DNA from: an uncultured bacterium
GTDB taxonomy: Bacteria; Krumholzibacteriota; Krumholzibacteriia; LZORAL124-64-63
DNA length: 64,000 nucleotides
Assembly: GCA_963732385.1 (NCBI GenBank)
Contig: CAVSZB010000007.1
Span: 320,001 to 384,000, forward strand
Reading direction: 5' to 3'
The position numbers were made by a program, and so were the translations under genes. Shown one piece after another: positions 58,974 through 64,000 of this stretch (positions are counted from its first letter, which is position 1; each line of letters opens with the position of its first letter). Below the pieces are notes generated by a model that worked only from the letters and a program-made list of their open reading frames with translations, did no database searches and was not told where the DNA came from.

Positions 58974-59113
58974 CTACAGCTGCAAGCTGACCGTCGTGGA
59001 CGTCGCCGACAGCGAGAGCGACGCCGCCGCCGGCTGCGCACCCAGGCCGAGGGCGCCCAGCCGCCTGGGCGCCACGCGATCCGCTGGGACGGGCGCGACG
59101 ATCGGGGGCGCGC
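58974..59113 (+). pseudogene. Degenerate, internally deleted copy of the 3' end of the LVIVD/FlgD gene
   Basis: Matches 56508-56564 (YNYKLTVVDAAGNESDAAA vs YSCKLTVVDVADSESDAAA) joined out of frame to 56728-56807 (LRTLADGVQSPGRHAVRWDGRDERGRA vs LRTQAEGAQPPGRHAIRWDGRDDRGRA). Confidence 0.85.
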
Positions 59114-59160
59114 CCGGATCGATCGTGACGCGTCGCCGCGATACGCAGTAGAATGAACGG

Positions 59161-60117
59161 ATGCTGCCGAAGAGCTACATCGGCCTCACCGATCCGGACT
59201 GGTACCGGTTTCTGTCCGCCCAGCCGCGCGTGGACGAGGTCAATTTCTGGCAACCGCACGGCGGCCGGGCGTTCCGCGCCCTGAATCCAGGCGATCCCTT
59301 CTTTTTCAAACTGCGCGCCCCCCACAAGGCGATCGCCGGCTTCGGCTTTTTCGCGCGCTACGAGTCCCTCCCCGCCTGGCTCGCCTGGGAGTGCTTCGGC
59401 CCGCTGAACGGCGCCCCCGACTTCGACGCCATGCTCGACCGCATCGGTCGCCTCCGCCGCGACGCCTCACCGTCGGATCGCTCCGGCCAGTTCAAGATCG
59501 GCTGCATCATGATCGCCGCCCCCGTCTTCTTCCCCCCCGACGAGTGGGTGCGCCCCCCCACCGACTGGGCCAGGACGGGCATCCAGCAGGGCAAGACCTA
59601 CGACCTCGCCGCCGGCGAAGGCCTGCGCCTCTTCACCGAGTGCGCCGCCCGCGCCAACCGGCCCGACCACTACTGGAACGTCGACCGCGCCCCCGAACTG
59701 GTCGCCGCCGACGCCCCCCGCTACGGCAACGTCATCCCCGTCCGCCCCCGCCTCGGCCAGGGCCTCTTCAGCCTCGCCGTCCGCGACGCCTACGGCCACG
59801 CCTGCGCCGTCACCGGCGAACACTCCGTGCCGGTCCTCGAAGCCGCCCACATCATGCCCTACGGCCAGGGCGGCCAGCACCGCGTGGACAACGGGCTGTT
59901 GCTGAGGAGCGACCTGCACCGGCTGTACGACCGCGGCTACGTGACCGTGACCCCGGACCACGAATTCCGTGTCGGCGACCGGCTGCGGGACGAATTCAAG
60001 AACGGGAAAAGCTATTACGGCCTGAGCGGACAGCGGATCAGGTGCCCGGACACGGCGACGCTGCGGCCGCGGCGGGAATTGCTGGAGTGGCACGGGCGGG
60101 AAGTGTTCAGGGGCTGA
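59161..60117 (+). CDS. HNH endonuclease (putative restriction endonuclease, HNH_2/COG3440-like)
   Basis: RLGQG.F...V..AY...CAVTG, LEAAHI.PY, NGLLLRSDLH.LYD.G; N-terminal TD.DW..FL...EVNFW.P domain. Confidence 0.9.
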   Translation: MLPKSYIGLTDPDWYRFLSAQPRVDEVNFWQPHGGRAFRALNPGDPFFFKLRAPHKAIAGFGFFARYESLPAWLAWECFGPLNGAPDFDAMLDRIGRLRRDASPSDRSGQFKIGCIMIAAPVFFPPDEWVRPPTDWARTGIQQGKTYDLAAGEGLRLFTECAARANRPDHYWNVDRAPELVAADAPRYGNVIPVRPRLGQGLFSLAVRDAYGHACAVTGEHSVPVLEAAHIMPYGQGGQHRVDNGLLLRSDLHRLYDRGYVTVTPDHEFRVGDRLRDEFKNGKSYYGLSGQRIRCPDTATLRPRRELLEWHGREVFRG

Positions 60118-60187
60118 GTCGCACTACCACAAACGCCGGCGCAGCAATTCAGTTGATGCTCGGAAACGACCGCTAGCGTTGGCGCAC

Positions 60188-60412
60188 TCATGCAATGGAG
60201 TCTCCGGCAATCCTGGGGCGGTTCACGCACGCATCCGCGCTTGCGATTGGCGGGCGGCTTTGGGGCGTGGCGGTGTTGGCTTTGGGCGGTCCAGTCTGCG
60301 CCGCTGGCCGAGGCTTGGAGCGAAGACTCAGAATTTCGACCACCACGAGCAGCAGAATGCCAATGATCCACAAGGCCCTGGTCCGCATTGCCCTTTCCTC
60401 CGGCGGCTTCTG
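60188..60412 (-). CDS. Short hypothetical exported protein or gene fragment
   Basis: MRTRALWIIGILLLVVVEILS signal/TM; GGAGGAAAGG RBS; only ~70 aa. Confidence 0.35.
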   Translation of the reverse strand, partial: QKPPEERAMRTRALWIIGILLLVVVEILSLRSKPRPAAQTGPPKANTATPQSRPPIASADACVNRPRIAGDSIA

Positions 60413-60593
60413 CCACGCTGGATGATCGCATGGCGACCGCCCGCCGTACCAGCGCAACCCTACGGGCGGGACCGACGCGGCGGCGCCGCCCCTGCCGGCG
60501 CGCTCGGGGGGTGGACCCTGTTAGCTTGACACCGGCTCCGCGCCAGAATCTCTCCGCGTTGTTAGCCGGGCGTTAGCCCGCCTCCACCTCACC

Positions 60594-60625
60594 AAAAGAA
60601 AAACGGGCTGCCCTCGCAACCCGTT
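60594..60625 (-). terminator. Terminator after tRNA-Gly
   Basis: AACGGGTTGC-GAGG-GCAGCCCGTT plus TTTCTTTT on the minus strand. Confidence 0.75.
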
Positions 60626-60640
60626 GTCTTTATTTAAGTT

Positions 60641-60716
60641 TGGAGCGGGCAACGAGGCTCGAACTCGCGACCCTCAGCTTGGGAAGCTGATGCTCTACCA
60701 ACTGAGCTATGCCCGC
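60641..60716 (-). tRNA. tRNA-Gly (anticodon CCC)
   Basis: GCGGGCA...TGCCCGC-TCCA; anticodon arm TCAGC-TTCCCAA-GCTGA. Confidence 0.97.
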
Positions 60717-60791
60717 TCCGTGGGAGTCAAACTACCGTGCGGGCGGGGGCCTGTCAAGGGCGGAGCTGGGTCTGCAAAGGATTATCAGGGC

Positions 60792-61733
60792 TCAGGTTGC
60801 GGCGGCGGTGGTGAGCAGGAATTCCAAGGCTTTGGCGATGGCGGGGTCCTCGGGATGGCCCTGGGCGGCCTTGGGGAGGATGCGGAACCAGGTTTCCTGT
60901 CGCTTGGCGTACTGCCGCGTGGCGGCGGTGATCTTCGGCTCCAACTCTTCTGTTCCCAACTCGCCGCGCAGGTGGGCCACGATCTCGCGGTAGCCGATCG
61001 CCCGCAGGCCCCGCGCCTGCGGTCCGTACGTCGCGAGCAGTCCCGCGGTCTCCTTCATCCACCCCGCTTCGAGCATCGCCTTGGTCCTGGCGGCGATCCT
61101 CGCGTGCAGATCCGTCCTGTCCCGGCTGACCCACACCAGGGGGAACCTCAAGCCGAGCGCCGGGTCCGGCGCCTGCTCGTGGGCCTGCATCTGCTCGGTC
61201 ATGGTGCGGCCGGTGGCGAGGCAGATCTCCAGGGCCCGCTGGCTGCGGTAGCGGTCCGAGGGGTGGATGCGGGCGTGGCTGGCGGGGTCGAGGGTGCGGA
61301 GTTGGGCGCGGATCTCCTCGGTGGGGAGGCCGGTGAGGCGGGCGCGCAACTCGGCGGTCTGCGCGGGGGCCACGACCGGCATGGCGAACAGGCCCTTCTC
61401 CACGGCCGACAGGTACAGTCCGGCTCCTCCGACCAGGATCGGGATGCGACCGCGGCCGCGGATCTCCTGGCAGGCAGCGCTGAAGTCCTGGCGGAAGCGC
61501 TGGGCCGAGTAGGATTCAGTCGGCGGGACGAAGTCGATCAGGTGGTGGCGGCAGGCGGCCTGCTCTTCCGGTGTCGGCTGGGCTGTCCCGATGCGCAGAC
61601 CGTGGTGGATCTGGCGGCTGTCGAGGGAGATCACTTCGATGGGGTGACGCTTCGCCAGTGCAACGATGAGCGATGTCTTGCCGGCGGCGGTGGGGCCGGC
61701 GAGGACGGGGCAGATGGCGATTGGCGCGGACAT
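60792..61733 (-). CDS. miaA: tRNA dimethylallyltransferase
   Basis: GPTAAGKT, SLDSRQ, IGTAQP, HHLID, VGGAGLY, RALEI, AIGY.E, TRQYAKRQ.TWFR. Confidence 0.96.
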   Translation of the reverse strand: MSAPIAICPVLAGPTAAGKTSLIVALAKRHPIEVISLDSRQIHHGLRIGTAQPTPEEQAACRHHLIDFVPPTESYSAQRFRQDFSAACQEIRGRGRIPILVGGAGLYLSAVEKGLFAMPVVAPAQTAELRARLTGLPTEEIRAQLRTLDPASHARIHPSDRYRSQRALEICLATGRTMTEQMQAHEQAPDPALGLRFPLVWVSRDRTDLHARIAARTKAMLEAGWMKETAGLLATYGPQARGLRAIGYREIVAHLRGELGTEELEPKITAATRQYAKRQETWFRILPKAAQGHPEDPAIAKALEFLLTTAAAT

Positions 61734-63595
61734 CAGCGGCGGCCGAAGCGTTTTTCGAGTTCTTCGAGCGGGAACTGGATCAGCGTGGGGCGGCCGTGCG
61801 GACAGGACAGCGGCAGGTCGGTGGCGAAGAGGCGGTCCACCAGGTTCTGCATCTCGGCGACCGTGAGGAGCTCGCCGGCGCGGATGGCGCCGTGGCAGGC
61901 GAAGCTGGCGAGGAGGTCTTTGCGGCTTTCGTCGCCGGGGTCGCCGCCTTCGGCCAGGTCGTCGAGGATGTCGAGGAGCATCTGGCCTTCCGACCAGTTC
62001 TTGAGGGAGGCGGGGATGCCCTGGACGAGGATGGCGTGGCCGCCGAACGGTTGGATCAGGAAGCCCAGCTTCTCCAGTTGCTTCTCGGCGCCGAGGTAGG
62101 CCTGGATCTGGCCGGGGGCCAGCTCGAGGTTGACGGGGAAGAGGAGTTGCTGGGTGGGGACGCTGGCGCCGCCTTCGCCGAGGGCTTTGGCGGCCTCGTT
62201 GTAGAGGATCCGCTCGTGGCTGTTGTGCTGGTCGATCATGACCAGGCCGCCGCGGATCTGGGCCAGGATGTAGGTGCGGTGGAGCTGCCAGAACAGGGCG
62301 GAGCGCTGCAGGGTTTCGTCGGCCATGAGGGGGCCGGACTGGGCTGACGACGTGGGCGTGGCGCCGCTGCCGGCCGATGGCAAGGCGCCGCCGGCGGCGC
62401 GGCCGCTGAAGAGGCTGGCCTGGCCGGCGCTGTCTTTATCACTGCCACCGTCGCCGCCGAAGCGGCGTTCGTAATAGTCGCGCTCGGCAGCGGCGATGCC
62501 GCGGAGCATGCCGGCGAGCGCTTCGGGGTCGGCGGCCACGCCGGACGAGGCGGGACCGGTCACGTCGTTGGCGAGATCGAACGGGCCGGCGCGTTTCAGG
62601 TTCAGTCCGTCCTGGAGGGCGGAGTGGATCAGGCCGAAGACGCTGCGCTCGAGCAGCAGGCGCACCTCGCTCTTGGCGGGGTGGACGTTGACGTCGACCT
62701 CGCCGGGCGGCACCTGGATGAAGATGATCGCCACCGGGTGGCGGCCAGGCGGCACCACGTCGCGGTAGGCCTGGGCGATGGCCTGGGTCAGGGTGGCGCT
62801 GCGGATGGGGCGGCGGTTCACGTAGATGTACTGCTGCGAGCGGTTGCCCCGGGTCCAGGTGGGGCGCGAGGCGAGGCCCATCACCGAGAGCCCCCCCTGC
62901 TCCTGCTCGAAGCGGGCCATGTGCTCCATGACGGCGGGGCCGAGCAGTTCGCGCGCGCGGGCCGGCAGCGATTCGACCGGGAGCAGGTCGAGCAGGGTTT
63001 CGCCGTCGGCGGTGAGGCGCCAGCGCACCTCGGGGGTGGCGAGGGCGAAGGCGGTGACCAGGTTCACGATGGCGCGCCGCTCGGCCGGGGCGGTGCCCAT
63101 GAACTTGCGGCGGGCCGGGGTGTTGAAGAACAGGTCGTCCACCTGGACGGTGGTGCCGCGGGTGCGGGGGGCCGGTTCGCGACGGTCGGTGCGGCCGGCG
63201 ATCAGGGTATGCAGCCCACCGACCTCCTCCCCCTCGGCGCGCGAGATGATCGTGAGGCGGCTGACCGAGGCAATGCTGGCCAGCGCCTCGCCGCGGAAGC
63301 CGAAGGTGCCGACGCTGACGATATCGGCGGCGGAGCCGATCTTGCTCGTGGCGTGGCGCTCACAGGCGAGCGGCAGTTCGCGCCACGGGATGCCGTGGCC
63401 GTCGTCTTCGACCACCAGCGAGGCGAGTCCTCCCTCCTGCACCATGATGCGGACGCTGCGGGCCCCGGCGTCGAGCGCGTTCTCGACCAGTTCCTTCACG
63501 ACCGACGCCGGCCGCTCGATCACCTCGCCGGCGGCGATGCGGTCGATCGTCGAGCTGTCGAGCAGACGGATGGGGCGCGGCTGGGGCGCGGGCAT
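61733..63595 (-). CDS. mutL: DNA mismatch repair protein MutL
   Basis: IAAGEVIERPASVVKELVENALDAGA, HATSK, GFRGEAL.SI, DVNVHPAK.EV, DQHNSHERI.Y endonuclease motif, CPHGRP. Confidence 0.98.
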   Translation of the reverse strand: MPAPQPRPIRLLDSSTIDRIAAGEVIERPASVVKELVENALDAGARSVRIMVQEGGLASLVVEDDGHGIPWRELPLACERHATSKIGSAADIVSVGTFGFRGEALASIASVSRLTIISRAEGEEVGGLHTLIAGRTDRREPAPRTRGTTVQVDDLFFNTPARRKFMGTAPAERRAIVNLVTAFALATPEVRWRLTADGETLLDLLPVESLPARARELLGPAVMEHMARFEQEQGGLSVMGLASRPTWTRGNRSQQYIYVNRRPIRSATLTQAIAQAYRDVVPPGRHPVAIIFIQVPPGEVDVNVHPAKSEVRLLLERSVFGLIHSALQDGLNLKRAGPFDLANDVTGPASSGVAADPEALAGMLRGIAAAERDYYERRFGGDGGSDKDSAGQASLFSGRAAGGALPSAGSGATPTSSAQSGPLMADETLQRSALFWQLHRTYILAQIRGGLVMIDQHNSHERILYNEAAKALGEGGASVPTQQLLFPVNLELAPGQIQAYLGAEKQLEKLGFLIQPFGGHAILVQGIPASLKNWSEGQMLLDILDDLAEGGDPGDESRKDLLASFACHGAIRAGELLTVAEMQNLVDRLFATDLPLSCPHGRPTLIQFPLEELEKRFGRR

Positions 63596-63682
63596 GGATC
63601 ACCTTTCGCGGTGGCGCGCCGGTGGCGCAGCACGACCGGGGAAGATTAAGCGCACGACGGTGCGGCGTCAACGACGGGGGAG

Positions 63683-64000
63683 CTATTCGAGGTGCAACAG
63701 GGCGGCGGTGGCGGCGGCGAGCACGGCGCGCGGCTCGTCGTGGCGTCCGGGGTAGAGGACGTGGCCCACACTCAGCGGCAGGGTCGGATTATCCATCAGA
63801 TCCCGCACCATCGCGGCGAGGCGCCGTTCGAAGTGCGACACCAGGTTGTTCTCCTCCGGGGCCAGCACGACCAGAGTGCCGTCGGCGAGCGAACTGACGA
63901 AATCGGAGCTGCGCACCGCGCCGGCCAGCAGGCCGGCCACGGCGGCTGCCGCGATATCGTCCCAGGCGGACGCGCCGGTGGCCCGTAACGCCGTCAGCGA
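63683..64000 (-). CDS. 3' end of a protein with a degenerate GGDEF/nucleotide-cyclase-like C-terminal domain (truncated by the window edge)
   Basis: LLAGAVRSSDFV...GTLVVLAPE...LSVGHVLYP...VLAAA.AAL resembles the GGDEF fold without the GGDEF motif. Confidence 0.5.
   Translation of the reverse strand, partial: SLTALRATGASAWDDIAAAAVAGLLAGAVRSSDFVSSLADGTLVVLAPEENNLVSHFERRLAAMVRDLMDNPTLPLSVGHVLYPGRHDEPRAVLAAATAALLHLE

Noticed and set aside
56508..59113. Diversity-generating retroelement (TR/VR pair) suggested by the near-duplicate of a gene 3' end
   Set aside because: Differences are not adenine-specific in either direction (C/T, G/A, T/C and G/C also occur), the copy has an internal deletion, and there is no reverse transcriptase in the window
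60117..60580. Integron attC sites (GTTAGC and GCCAAC motifs)
   Set aside because: No paired RYYYAAC...GTTRRRY hairpin with correct L/R boxes, no cassette array and no integron integrase

Overview
High-GC bacterial chromosomal window from a diderm organism (LptE, Wza-like exporter, OM beta-barrels). Secreted proteins ending in FlgD-Ig/T9SS-like C-terminal domains suggest, by inference only, an FCB-superphylum lineage such as Krumholzibacteriota, Latescibacterota or Eisenbacteria. The window spans the likely replication terminus: a dif site sharing a contiguous 24-nt identity with E. coli dif lies at 14677-14704, where gene orientation flips from almost all + to almost all -. Left arm: (ispA)-DUF212-dxs-nadK-recN-tRNA-Arg, a sigma54-promoted diguanylate cyclase plus polysaccharide genes, and lptE-holA-trxA. 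Right arm core: apt, an M23 peptidase, pcm, surE, a MerR regulator, gpsA-plsY-der-DUF512 and miaA-mutL. There are five tRNAs in total. An accessory stretch (~25.9-60.6 kb) ends at tRNA-Gly. It holds an XRE-headed envelope/osmostress operon with a heavily frameshifted cyclic beta-1,2-glucan synthase, an S8 protease, ygfK-ssnA, a hybrid sensor kinase, OM proteins, an LVIVD-repeat protein and a small defence-like AAA ATPase/HNH pair. The most novel-looking signal is an unannotated ~132-nt structured RNA (16049-16180) with its own sigma70 promoter, either a compact 6S-like RNA or a new family. All family assignments come from motif recognition by eye; no database searches were run.
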